Source of the DNA: Sphaerodactylus townsendi | Lineage: Eukaryota | Assembly (NCBI RefSeq): GCF_021028975.2 | Contig: NC_059430.1 | Span: forward strand, 57,226,001 to 57,290,000 | DNA length: 64,000 bases | Direction: 5' to 3' | Shown here: positions 1 through 11,950 of the stretch, piece by piece | Layout of the letters: every line of letters starts with the position of its first letter | Numbering within the stretch: position 1 is the first letter of the stretch | Notes under the pieces: generated by a model | Database searches by the model: none | Told to the model about the DNA's origin: nothing | What the model saw: only the letters and a program-made list of their open reading frames with translations | Program-made: the position numbers and the translations under genes

Positions 1-1390
1 GAAGAGAGCTACCAGGTCCGTATCTGATTTTGTTCAGTCCTTTATGCTCCTAACAGCTTAGAGGAAAGCAGGGCAATGGAGAACACATTGGTTGCATTTG
101 AGAAGAATGTGTTCAGTTGATTCCGGAGAGCCTTCCTTACAGGGGCATACTCTATTTTCCTGTGGTGTGTTGCTGTATCTTCCTCTTGTTTGGGCAGTTG
201 GGAGAATATTCAGTCATGCCACCATGAAAAATCTGCGTAACTGGGAATAATCAGACTATTGATGTATTTGGGCATAGAGCCAGGGAGAGGTGGAGAGATG
301 CTGTAGAACAGTGGTGGCGAACCTTTGGCACTCCAGATGTTATGGACTACAATTCCCATCAGCCCCTGCCAGCATGGCCAATTGGCCCATGCTGGCAGAA
401 CTGATGGAATTGTAGTCCATAACATCTGAGTGCAAAGATCTGCCACTCCCGGGCATCGTAGAAGGCTAGGGGGAGCAAGTTCTCTGGTCTCCCACAAGGA
501 GCAACTGCCCATCAATGTCAAGGGTTGGCTGCTTTAGGATCCAGAATGCTTGACTCTCATCTAGCTGGAAAGGGTGGCCAAGTGGTATTCCTATTTTATG
601 GATTTGACTGAGGATTGTATTTTGCTAGGTGTAATTAAATAGATCACTTAACAGAAACTGAGTCAGGCTGTTTGGGGAGGCTCTGAAGTGGAGGCGCAGC
701 CAGTATTCGAACACTGTGAGCCAGACCTGAGCAGGAAGCATATAGACTTTTGTCTCTAGGCAGAGGACTTGGTAGGAGACAGAGTTAGGGAGGCCCAATA
801 AGCGGCAGATGTACAGTGATTGTATAGTCTCAAGTTTGGCTGTTGTTCTTGCTCCTAAAATAGGGGCTCTGTAGAGTAACTGAGGCAGTAATTTGGAAAG
901 AAATACCTTCAATGCTGAAGGGAAAAATTGGCCACCTTGGGTGTAGAAAAATCTCGCAATTGCTTGGCCTTTGTTTTTGTTGTATTAGTGGCCGCTTGTA
1001 TATGAAGGTTCCAAGACAGGGAGTGGTGGTAGGTGATTCCTAAGTATTTAAAAGAGTAAAATTGTTCTATCTGTGTGTAATTTATCTTCCACATATGGAG
1101 CTTTTTGGATTTGCAGAAGACTAACACTTTGGATTTGTTATAATTTAATGTCAGGGTGTTATTCGTGCAGTAGGTGGCGAAGGCTTGGAGGAGTCTGCCG
1201 AGACCCACCTTAGACCGAGACCATGTAATCCACATATAGAAGCACTTGGATGGGTCTTTGTCCCAAAGTTGGTGTATGAGATTCTATCATTGACAGATGT
1301 GGGGCTAGATCACTTAAATAGAGGTTGAATAGGGAGGGAGCAAGGATTCATCCCTGCTTGACACCTTTATTGACGATAATTGATGATGTC
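1..1390 (-). mobile_element. Degenerate non-LTR retrotransposon RT/3' region (RTE-X-like or related clade)
   Basis: Minus strand ~1380-1310 reads IIVNKGVKQG*ILAPSLFNLYLSDL (RT GVxQG..L.P.LFNLY motif). ORFs 909-1235 (LNYNKSKVLVF...FKYLGI) and 625-912 (KVFLSKLLPQLLY...) are RT thumb/C-terminal segments. Stops and frameshifts are present. Confidence 0.75.
309..455. mobile_element. Palindromic hAT (Charlie-like) MITE inserted in the LINE
   Basis: Starts CAGTGGTGGCGAACC. The two halves are inverted (ggactacaattcccatcag...ctgatggaattgtagtcc) around ccagcatggccaattggcccatgctgg. Approximate 8-bp TSD ctgtagaa/tcgtagaa. Confidence 0.7.
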
Positions 1391-2489
1391 AGGTGATATA
1401 TGCTTATCTTTCTCCCATAGAAATCAGTGGGATTATAAAGTCCTTAACTGGGGCCTTATTGTGTTTCAGATTTGATTTAAAGGTAGCACTTTTCTACTTT
1501 CCATCCTGCACAAATAACATTTCCAGTCTAAAAAGTCTTCTTAGCTTCATTCATGAAAGACTTGTTAAGTAAGAAAGACTTGTCAGAGCATCTTTCTTTG
1601 AGGTGTATTAAATGTCTGCAGCTGTATTTGCATATAAATGATTTACTTGTATAATATGTACTTTTTGTGTGGAAATTAATTGTCATGGTTCTTTTTATCC
1701 TGCCCTAACTAAGCATTATCATAAATCTATTTTTATATGGTTGATCTCTCCATTATACTTAAAAGTTAGGGGAGAAGGGATTTGTTTTTATTGTAATTTT
1801 TTCCTAGAAGACCTCCATGCTTTATTTTAAAAGGCAAATAGGCAGAGTGTAGAAATCTAACTACTAAAATCCCCATTCTGAAAATGTCAATGAAGTGAAC
1901 AACTTATCTTAGTAAGAAACATTGATATGTGGGTATTGAAAAGAAAACTGAAATTATAAATTATCATCTGAATTGCTGCTTTTTGATAGAGTAGCTGTAG
2001 AATGGACAACTTGGATTTCTGACTGAATTATCTGGAAATTAGGCTGTTTGGTTAAAGTAAAAAAGTGAAAATATTGATTTGTTGGTCAGTGAAATGGATG
2101 TAAAAGTCCACATTGGTATCATTTATGCATCCAGTTAATGTTAATGTCTATAACAGAAAATATCTCTAATCTCTATACAATTTTATATCTTAAAAGCTAT
2201 TGTATGAGTTCATTACTTACATTATTAAATTTACTTAGAATTATTAGAATAATGTGCTTATATATACAGTCCAGCTATTGGCTATATTTAGACATCAAAC
2301 AAACCCCTCTGCTTCTTCAAAGTCATGAACCTGGCTGGTTGTTGTGCTCATACACTCTCTTATTGCCTCTTCTCACATACATAGCATGAATGAAAGCTTT
2401 GGTTTCAGTTCTGAGACTGCTTGGAAAGTACACTTAACATAAGGATTCCCAATTTCATCTGTATCAAGTGTGAACAGTGAAAAATAATA

Positions 2490-2880
2490 GCACTTGTTCT
2501 TTAACCACATACTTAAAGTTCCAACCTAATAACTACCACGGATAATCAAAATACCTTTCTCTGTTAAGCATAACAATAACAATTCACTAATCTTCAAAAC
2601 CAGTAATCATCAATTTACTTTTTTCTGTTTTACCCAAGCAATCCATCAATAGTTTCCAATTGTCCAATTTTTTTTTACTAAACCTCTTTCTTTAAGTGAC
2701 AAAGTGAGTTTGGCCACCTCTGCCAACTCCAAAACCTTCAACTATCATTCTGCTATTGCAGGTATATCTGGAGATTTCCATTTTTACACATAAAGTATAC
2801 TTGCAGATGATGTCATGTATAAAAGCAAAATTCCATGTTTTTTTTCTCCACAGCTCTGTCCATAAGTAACCAATAAAGTA
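2490..2880 (-). mobile_element. L1 ORF2 C-terminal/3' fragment
   Basis: Minus strand reads LLLYMTSSASILYV*KWKSPDIPAIAE**LKVLELAEVAKLT, which resembles reptile L1 ORF2 C-termini. Confidence 0.65.
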
Positions 2881-3715
2881 ATCTATATGTCATTGTAATG
2901 ATAATAAGGTGCAAGAATTGGAGGAAAGAGTGGAGGACCTTGAGAATAAAAATAGAAAAATGTATTTGAAACTTAGATGGATAGGAGAAAAAGATGAAGG
3001 GAATAATCTTTATTAATATTTAGAAGGTTTTTTGCTCAAATTCTTAGCTCTGATTTTAATATAATGGTGAAAATCATCAAAGCTTTTAGGATTAACCTAT
3101 GGGCAAACTGAAATGGACAAATATGCAGGGATATTGTTTTGATAATTGAATCTGTCTCAATAAAGGAAGCAATTTATAAAAAACTATCCAATGAACTACT
3201 TAAAATACAATATGATATAGTGCAAATTTACCAAAACATATCTCCTTTAACATTGCAAAAAAAAGTACGAAAATTTTAACAGATAATCTCAAAGAAAAAT
3301 ACCTCCAATATAGATGGGGATTCTCTTTTAATTTGAATGTTTGATATAGAGGAAAAACTTTGGAAGAAGCTGAGGAAATAGCAAATATTAATTTTTATAA
3401 TTGTGGACTGGTTAGTATAGTAGTGTTGTTGTTTATTAACTAATAAAATTTTAGAATGGAAAAGTTGAAGTTAATCTCTATTAATGTAAATGGTTTCAAT
3501 AAACCCGGTAAGAGAAGGAAAATATTACACTAACTATATAAAGAAAGAGCAGATGTTGTTTTTAATACAAGAAACATACTCAAAGCTTCTCAGATATCTC
3601 TATTAGAGCAGCCAAATTTGGGGAAACTTTATGCAACAGTTAACAATAAAAATGGTGTCACAATATATATTACAATCCAAATACAAAATTAACAAATGTT
3701 GTATTTTATGATAAA

Positions 3716-3781
3716 GCTGGTAGGGGCTGATGGGAATTGTAGTTCCTGAACATCTGGAGAGCCGCAGGTTCCCTACCCCTG
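3716..3781. mobile_element. Half of a hAT-Charlie-like MITE
   Basis: Ends ...gccgcaggttccctacccctg and is followed by gtctagaa (NTCTAGAN Charlie-type target). Shares the gatgggaattgtagt core with the 309-455 MITE. Confidence 0.65.
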
Positions 3782-4226
3782 GTCTAGAAAGACTAGAGAG
3801 AGTAAATAAATTAGAAACAGAACATAAAATCACAACAAAATATTTATCAAAAATTGAAAGAAGCAAGAGCAAAGTCAGATGAACTGGAAACTGAAAATAT
3901 ACATGATCTATTTTATGTAAGGCAAAATTACTTTGAACAGTGCAGTAAGGCTAATAAATTCTAGCATATAAATTAAAGGAAAAAAGCCAAGAATATGATA
4001 GGGTTGATTCAAAATCAAAGTAGAAATAGATTAGTAAAATTGGAATAATTAATAGAGGAATTTGCAAAATAATATAAAAATCTCCAAGAAGTGAAAGAGC
4101 AAGTGATCACAGAATTTATAAATGAAGTCCAGATTCCAAAATTAACAAAAGAAGAGAAGTAGGTTTTGGAGATACAAATTACATTAGATGAGATTTAAAA
4201 GGCAATAGATAGTTTTAAAAGAAGGG

Positions 4227-4688
4227 CAGTCCAATCCAGACTGGAAGATGTCAGCAGCATCTGAGGATGGTATGATGAAGAAAGTTTCATAGCACCTCCA
4301 ATGGAGCACTGGGCAGTCCATTGAGCAATGTGAAACACACACACACACCACTGCTGCCTGGACAACTCCATAGGAAAACAGACTTACACCACATGTTATT
4401 GTGGCATAAGTTGGAGGGCTATGCTGGGGGTGTTCCGAGCCTGAAAGCCTGGTGGAAGCTGACTAAATTTGACATCACCCCTGGGAATGTCCCTATCCCA
4501 CTCCCAGCTATGCTGGTATCCAGATCAGGGGCCATGAAGCTGTTCAGTACCCACTCACCACCCTATTTTCCCAGCCCAGCCAACATAGGTGCTACTTTCA
4601 CTAGCAGCATGGGCAAATGTGTCAGTGCAGGCACATGCTGCTTCCAAGACATGCTTCTCTCCCTCCCCCACACCTCTTGATTGGGATG
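4227..4688. mobile_element. Non-autonomous TIR element inserted in L1 ORF2
   Basis: Ends CAGTCCAATC...GATTGGGATG are imperfect inverted repeats. The L1 reading (AIDSFKR | KAPG) resumes across the insert. Confidence 0.6.
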
Positions 4689-5004
4689 TAAAGCACCTGG
4701 AATTGCTGGGATAATACCTGAAATCTCACATATTACATTACAGTCATTATTTGAAATTATAAATTGTATTTTTCCAATATAAGATTACTAAGGTCATAGG
4801 CAGAGTAAAAAATGATAGTTATTTCTAAACCAAAGAAAGATTCACCTGATGTTAGATTATATGTCCAATATATCTTCTTAATTATTACTACAAAATTTTG
4901 GCATCAATGTTAGCTGATAATGATAAAGGCATAATTAGCAGATGTACTTTGCAAGATCAACTAGGTTTCACATGCAGTAGAATGGTCATAACAAATATAA
5001 GGTA

Positions 5005-6248
5005 ATAGCAGGGCACCCGTGCTTCGCTACACATACTTCATCACAGGCACTCTATGAATTTCGGGGTGACATGCAACATACTTCTTTACAGCCTGTTTGT
5101 GAACTTTGGGGTGACATGCAGCATATTTCCTCACAGCCTGTCTGTGGACTGATGGGTTTCGCATATTTTGCAGCAGCTTGCTGTAGTTGTCTTTTTCTAA
5201 TGCAATGTGTTATTGCTCTCTTTCACCTGGTGGGCTCCAAAAGACGTCATGTGGAAGCAGCCATTGTATTTTTGGGATGCAGAAAGGATGTGTTCTGCCA
5301 TTGGATGCTGATGAATGAGAAGGCTGTGAGAAGAGAGGGAGTTCAAGGGTAGGTTGAAGGGCAGGGGAGCTGGGACTGTGCCACTGCCACTGCAGCACCT
5401 TTATTCCACCTGGGGACTCATCCCACTTGCCACTTCAAGAGCCACGACACCAAGCACAGGAGTGAGTTGCTGGAGGCTGAGAAAGGCAATAAACTTGCCT
5501 CAATGCTGATGTCCATATGTAAAACCCGACAAATAGGTTCCCACACAGTCCAAAGGTGATAGTGTGGTTTGCCTTAATGTATGTTGATAGTATTTTGCCT
5601 GTAAGCGGTGTTGTTAGCGTGAGGTGGGTGGAGGAGTACTTTTTCACAGCCTGTATGTAAGTGGAGTGACATTCCAGCATACTTGCTTTGCAAGCCTGTT
5701 TGTGAACTTTGGGGTGACCGCTACAGCATATATTTCCCTCCTGTACAGCCTGTCTAGTGGACTGATAAGGAAGTTTGTTTTCATATTTTCTGCAGCAGCT
5801 TCCTGTAGTTGTCTTTTTATAATGCAGTCTGTGTTTAATTCCTCTTATACCTGTAGCGGTTTCAGCTTAGAAGGAGACTAGGTTCCGCATCGTTAAGTGG
5901 AGCGGTGTTAGAGGAGTGCAGTTGGATTAGCACCTGCAGGTGAAAGGACACATGAAGCTGGTGGTGTTTAACTGTCACCCTTAGAATGTTCGTGCAGCAT
6001 GTCTGTGGACTGAGCTGTTGGTTTGCCCTTAGAATGTTCACACAGATGGCCAGAGATGAGCAGTGAAAACAGTAAATAACTAATAAATCGAGTGAAAGTG
6101 AATATTTTGGGAAATCCTTTCTTAGTGAGCACCTGGAGTACATAAGGAACAGGTGTGCCAAATTTCATGTGGGTGGCTTCAGTGGTTTTTGAGTTCTTTT
6201 GATGAGTCAGTGAGTCAGTCAGTGGTATTTCGCGTTTATAGATATAGA
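5005..6248 (-). mobile_element. Non-autonomous Helitron
   Basis: Minus strand starts A|TCTATATCTATAAACGCG followed by (ACTG)n-like repeats. It ends ...GTGTAGCGAAGCACGGGTGCCCTGCTAT|T (hairpin plus CTAG variant). Inserted between A and T with no TSD, and the L1 motif NIR..LNLI is split by it. A second copy lies at 42758. Confidence 0.8.
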
Positions 6249-6733
6249 TTAAACCTAATTCTATATACAAAGTCTTCTACATTTTTCTCCTGGATGCTGA
6301 AAAGGATTTTGACAACATTGAACACAATTACCTTCTGAAATGTTTCAATGTATTTGGATTTGGTGAGAATTTTAAAGATTGGGCCAAAATTATATCTTCA
6401 AACCCTACAATTAAATTAAGGATAAACAGCACATTATCCCAACCAGTTGAGACAAAAGAGGTGTCAAACAAGGTTGCCCCTTGTCAGTATTATTATTTAA
6501 TATCTCATTGGAGCTGCTTGCAATATTAATAATACAGAAAATTGGATTATAAATGGACTTTTAAAAATCTTGGGCAAACATAAGGAAAAAATATGATCAG
6601 GCTTAATGCCACTGGCATCTGCCATTGACATCAAATCTAAGTCTTATAGTTGAAAAATGGATTCTGAAATCTTATGAACTCTTTCTTCCAATCAAACTGA
6701 CAAATTTAAAGGTAGGGTATGATGTGTCACAAT

Positions 6734-6924
6734 NNNNNNNNNNNNNNNNNNNNNNNNNNNNNNNNNNNNNNNNNNNNNNNNNNNNNNNNNNNNNNNNNNN
6801 NNNNNNNNNNNNNNNNNNNNNNNNNNNNNNNNNNNNNNNNNNNNNNNNNNNNNNNNNNNNNNNNNNNNNNNNNNNNNNNNNNNNNNNNNNNNNNNNNNNN
6901 NNNNNNNNNNNNNNNNNNNNNNNN
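6734..6924. other. Assembly gap
   Basis: Run of N. Confidence 1.
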
Positions 6925-7870
6925 GGTGGTGGAAGAGTGGAAAGATGATGTTTGGGGTGGGGAAAGATGGAAAGGTGAGACAGGGTGGGGAAAGGTTGCA
7001 AGGTATGGCTTAGGGTGGGGGAGGGTGGAATTTACATGGTTGGGGTTGGGGGAAGCAGGAGGGCTTGTGCTGCCCATGGATCAGCTGATCCACAAACCGG
7101 GGTGTTTGCTGGGGTGGGGAGAAGTGGGAGGACTTCTTCAGTGCATGGATTAGGAGAACTGCAGGTCAGGGCAGTTGCTGGGGATGGGGGGAGGTGGAAG
7201 GGCTTGTGCAGCCAGCAAATCAACTGATCGTTGGACTAAGGTGGTTGCTGGTGCTGGTAGGGAAGTGAGAGGACTTCTGCGGGAGGGTGGAAAGGTGAAA
7301 CTTGGTGTGGGGGAGGGTTGGAAGGTAAGTATTGGGGTGGGAAGGTGGAATGGTGATGCTTGGGGTGGGGGACAGTTGGAAGGTGTGGCTTAGGGTGAGG
7401 AATGATGGTATTTGGATGTCTGGGGGATGAGGGGAGGTGGGAAGATATATGTGGCCCACACATCAGCTGATCTGTGGGCCAGGGTGGTTGCAGAAGGGCT
7501 TGTGCAGCTCACGTATCAGCTGATCCACAGTCTAGGGTGGTTGCTGGGGTGAGAAGTGAGGAGGACTTTTGTAGTATGCGGATCAGGTGATCTGCAGGCC
7601 AGGGTGATTGGTGGGGTAGAGAGGAGGTGGGAGGGCTTGTGCAGCCTGCAAATCAATTGATCTGTGGACTGGGGTGGTTGCTGGGGATGGGGGGAAGGTT
7701 GGAAGGCTTGTGCAGCCCATGAATCAACTGATCCTCAAGCCAGGGTAGTTGCTGGGGGGAGGAGGGGGGAGGGCTTGTGTGGCCAACGGATCAGCTGATC
7801 TGTGGGCCAGGGTGGTTACTGGGGTGGCAGGGAAGCAGGAGGGCTTCTGTGCCATGGAGCAGGGCACCAA
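6925..7870 (+). repeat. G-rich degenerate minisatellite (~65-70 bp unit) with a GATCAGCTGATC palindrome
   Basis: About 9-10 units resembling ggagggcttgtgcagcccacggatcagctgatctgtgggccagggtggttgctgggg, interspersed with G-runs. Confidence 0.8.
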
Positions 7871-8069
7871 GGTGTGTTAAACTTTCTTCTCCTAAAAAAT
7901 AAAAAAAATGGCATTGCTAAGTTTAAAAGAGGGGCTGAAACAAACAAAATGAAATAGATACTGTCACAAAGTTCTTGATGGGTGATCTCTGTGTCAGCAA
8001 AGTGATGTTTGTTTTTTAAAAAAGTAATCCAAATCATCAAAGTAATACTTTTACTTTGTTTCATTCTAT

Positions 8070-8460
8070 TGTAGCTCTTTTGGAGTTCTATGTCCAGTTT
8101 TGGGCATCACACTTTTAAAAGAATGTAGAAAATTCTGAATAGTTTCAGAAGAGGGCAGAAGTCTGGAAAACAAATTATATTAGGAGAGGTTGAAGAATGG
8201 GTATGTTTAGGCAAGAGAAAAAAAGATATGGGTCCCTTCTTCAAATACCAGAATGGATGGCAAAGTTTAAAATCTAACGGGCTGAAATTACAGAATGTAG
8301 ATGCATTTCCTGAGAGCTGTGTAACAATGGAGCCAATTACTGAAAGTGTGTGTGTGGGGGGGGGGTGTCTGCATCACTGGAGATCTTCAGGGTACATTTT
8401 TTGGGGGGGGTCCTCTAGTTTTGGATCTGCTGCTACATTGTGTAGTGGGTTGGCACTTTC
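8070..8460 (+). mobile_element. Old CR1 3' fragment
   Basis: tatgtccagttttgggcatcacac...tttcagaagagggca corresponds to decayed YCVQFWAPHF...VQRRA. Confidence 0.6.
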
Positions 8461-9819
8461 TAAAAATATAAATTAAATGAAAATTAATTATAAATGGAGT
8501 GATACCCATTTATTGAACAAGACCCTCTTGTTTGTTGTGATGTCACGGCACCCTGATTTACACTTGCTGGTCAACAAGGATCAATGGCACCATTACTTTT
8601 CTCCAATCTAATCTTTTAATGCAAAAATCAATAAAGCTGCTTTAAGCCTCTTCAGTGTGCCTCTTCATTCACTTCCATGTCTGATCAATAGAAGTTCTGT
8701 ATGCTTTATTATGAACCTGAAAATGGACTCATTACATTGGGCAGTGTTGCTAAACCAGGCAGTTTGTCTGTGTAAGAATAGATTGATACAATTTTCTTGT
8801 GAAAATTGGCTCATTTTTAAAGCAAATATATGTTTTTCATTGAAAAATGGGTGAAATGTACCTATTTATTTTTTGCAGATCATGCATCACAACTTCCAAA
8901 CACCAATTTCAGGAGAAAAACTATTTTTCTAGTTTACATGTTAGTGAACTGGAACTATGTAATTGAGGTCAACACAAGTAAAACATTCTTCTAAGTGCTT
9001 TTGTAAATACCCAATCCAAAATAACAGACTAATGAACGAGGGAAAAAATGTGAGTTTAATGTGTAGGTCATAATGATTAATGTCAATATTTTCATAAATT
9101 TACTTACATGTTAATTTTTCATGCAATGAAAAATATCAGATAAATACAGTAAAATCAGGGATCTGTTCTGCCTTAACTCATGTTGAAAATATGAGGGTGT
9201 TTAAGCTTTCCTGTACAAAAATCCTCAAGGATTTATTACTGCTAATGGAGATTTGGATGACTGGTGCAGACACTGCTGGTAGGAGGGTGCATGTTGCTCA
9301 GTGCTTAGCCCACACCAAATAACTGACTCAAATCAAAGGTTTTGTTTCCTTCCTACTTATACTTTATTAAGGCTGAATGTCACATCTTGTACTTTCTGCC
9401 GAATCTGGGGAGCCGTATGACAACTATTTGCAACATCAGCCAACTTGCATCACCCCTTGTACTATCCAATAAGATAAGTAGGTACCCCATATTGGGAATT
9501 CTGCCTTAATAATATCCTGTTGTTTATGACACCAGCCCTTTTAAACCTTTGTTCATGCCCTAATCACCAAGTTGTTTTGATGCGGAATAAAATGTTCTAC
9601 TTTTTAATTTGTATCAAAATATTAGACAGCAGGTTAAGCTTTGCATTGGCCACCAGAATTTTATGTAATTCATAAACTAGGTTATGAAATTTTAACACCT
9701 GCAACAGAGCACTAACAGAATTGTTTACCTGCTGTTTAATGGTATTTGGCTAAGGGGGACTGGGAACACTTGAATCTCATAGAAATAATACTGAATATTT
9801 GCCCTTTCTATTCCACAGT

Positions 9820-10940
9820 TAAGAACATAAGAACATAAGAACAAGCCAGCTGGATCAGACCAGAGTCCATCTAGTCCAGCTCTCTGCTACTCACAATGGC
9901 CCACCAGGTGCCTTTGGGAGCTCACATGCAGGATGTGAGAGCAATGGCCTTCTGCAGCTTTTGCTCCCGAGCACCTGGACTGTTAAGGCATTTGCAATCT
10001 CAGATCAAAGAGGATCAAGATTGGTAACTATAAATCGACTTCTCCTCCATAAATCTATCCAAGCCCATTTTAAAGCTATCCAGGTTAGTGGCCATCACCA
10101 CCTCCTGTGGCAGCATATTCCAAACACCAATCTGCGTTGCGGGGAAGAAGTGTTTCCCGCCTTTTTTTATTAGTCCTAATTCTTCCCCAGGCATTTTCAG
10201 TGCTTATACCCCTGAGGTTTCCTAGTATTGTGGGAGAAAGAGAGAAAATTTTATCCTCTGTCAACTTGCATTTTTCCTATCCCATACGCATAATTTTGCT
10301 TGAAGACTTCAATCACTTATCCCCCTCAGCCTCCTCCTCCCATTCCAAACTAAAGGGGAGTCCCTGGCAGCTGCAGCGCTCTCTCCTCATAGGGAGGAAG
10401 AAGTGCTCCAGTCCGCTCAATCATCCCTCGTTGCCCTTCTGCTGCACTTTTTCCTATCTCTTGATATATCCTTTTGAGATGTAAGGAGACCAGGAACTGG
10501 ACGCTGAAAATTACTCTCAAAGTCGCGGTCGCTTCCCACCTGCTTTTATATAAGGAGACATGACAATCTTTGCAGTTTTATTCTCAATTCCTTTCCTAAT
10601 GATCCCCAGCATAGAGTTTGCCTTTTTCACAGCTGCCATGCATTGAGTTGACATTCCCATGGAACTATCAACTAAAGGCAGCCCCAAAATCCACTTTCCC
10701 TGGTCACTGTGACTGCATTTAGCACCCTGACCCCTGTAAGCGTGTATGTGACCGAAGTTTGGTTTTGCTTCACTATGTGCATCACTTTACATTTTGCTAC
10801 ATTGAACTGCATTTGCCATTTCTTAGCCCACTCACCTAATTTATCAAGGTCCGCTTGGAGCTCTTCGCAATTTTTTGCGGTTCTCACCACCCTACATAAT
10901 TTGGTATCATCTGCAAACTTGCCCACCACACTACCCACCC
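9820..10940 (-). mobile_element. 5'-truncated CR1 LINE, (ATGTTCTT)n-tail family
   Basis: (aagaacat)n tail at 9820, 3'UTR stem-loop, KFADDTKL RT motif (ORF 10672-10974). Collinear with the copy at 19957-21105. Confidence 0.95.
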
Positions 10941-10959
10941 CCACACTACCCACCCCCAT

Positions 10960-11950
10960 GCTAACCTCTGGCAAGGTGAGGTTTGCCAGAGGTTCACATT
11001 TTTTGACATGAGCCCAAAGCCTTTTGTCCTATCTCACTAATTGGCTGAGGCAAATAATGGCTGTGAATCACCACGGGCCGCAGTTGCCGCTTGGGGTGGG
11101 CAGGGCAAGGTATGATTCCGACCTCAGTGAGAGCAGAAATGGATGAGTGGCCATGCTGAATCAGGGCAGATGATGATGGGTTGGCTGCCTGCTGTCCACA
11201 TCAGAGAAGAGGGGGGCTAGCCCAAGCCTTTAAAGGGCCAAGACCTCCTTTGTGCCAGCCATGTATTTGGGGCGGCTAACGATTTTCCCACCCACCTCTC
11301 CCTATTTTGCGAGATGTTGTTAATGCATGCTACCTTGTTATAGCCATCGGCAGTTTTGGTGCATGGGTATTGATCCGGAAGGGCCAGGAGAGGGGAGCTA
11401 GGGAGCTACCCCTTCCCCTCGGGAATGGCAGACAGTGGCAAGGGACAACAGCCCTGCCAAACAGGGTGTCTGGGGAGCACCTCTTACTGTGAGTCCATGT
11501 CTTCCTGGAATTGGGTTTGGCATGCCACACTGGTGTGGCTTTGATTCTGTTCTTTGAAACTGGTTTTGTTGGTCTTGCAACACTGTGTTCTGAGTTTGAG
11601 TTCATTGGTGATGGGTTTACAGTTTATGGTGGATTCTCACATTGTACATTGGCTTGGTTTCTCAAGTTGTGCATTGTCTCAGCTTCTCAGGTTTAAATGT
11701 GTTGGACTTGCAACAGCATTCCTATTCTATTTAGCTTGGATGATTTTCTGGTTTGACATTAACTTGGATTCTCAGGTCATATGTTTGTTGAGTTAGGTTT
11801 GTCACATTGTCCCACACGTTTGTTGGGATTTCCTGTTTCTGCATTAGTTCTTTGGGTTGTTTGGTTTTGTCTCCTTTGAGAAACTTTTGTCCAGTGGCTG
11901 CTTTGCTTGTTCTTGTGTCTTTGTTTATTCTTTGCCCAGGCTGCACAACA
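10960..11950 (+). mobile_element. Possible solo terminal repeat or non-autonomous remnant of a Ngaro/DIRS-like or LTR element
   Basis: GC-rich front with a tttaaa box (11229) and cccacccacctctcccta. ggcagttttgg and a GT-rich end (tgtgtctttgtttatt...caaca) resemble the 3' segment of the Ngaro element at 28.8-29.5 kb. No ORF. Confidence 0.35.

Larger units (their letters stand above)
2900..6733 (+). mobile_element. Old degenerate L1 (ORF1 + ORF2 EN/RT) with three nested insertions
   Basis: ORF1-like ELEERVEDLENKNRK at ~2915. ORF2 start MEKLKLISINVNGFN...IQET (APE endonuclease) at 3456. KAPG at ~4690, DQLGF at ~4955, LDAEKDFD at ~6290, GVKQGCPLS.LLF at ~6460. Confidence 0.85.

Noticed and set aside
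6625-7153. ORFs spanning N runs (also at 28.8, 53.3 and 60.3 kb)
   Set aside because: Artefacts of assembly gaps.
6925-7870. CRISPR-like array (palindromic repeat with spacing)
   Set aside because: Vertebrate context, spacers homologous to each other and no cas genes; it is a minisatellite.
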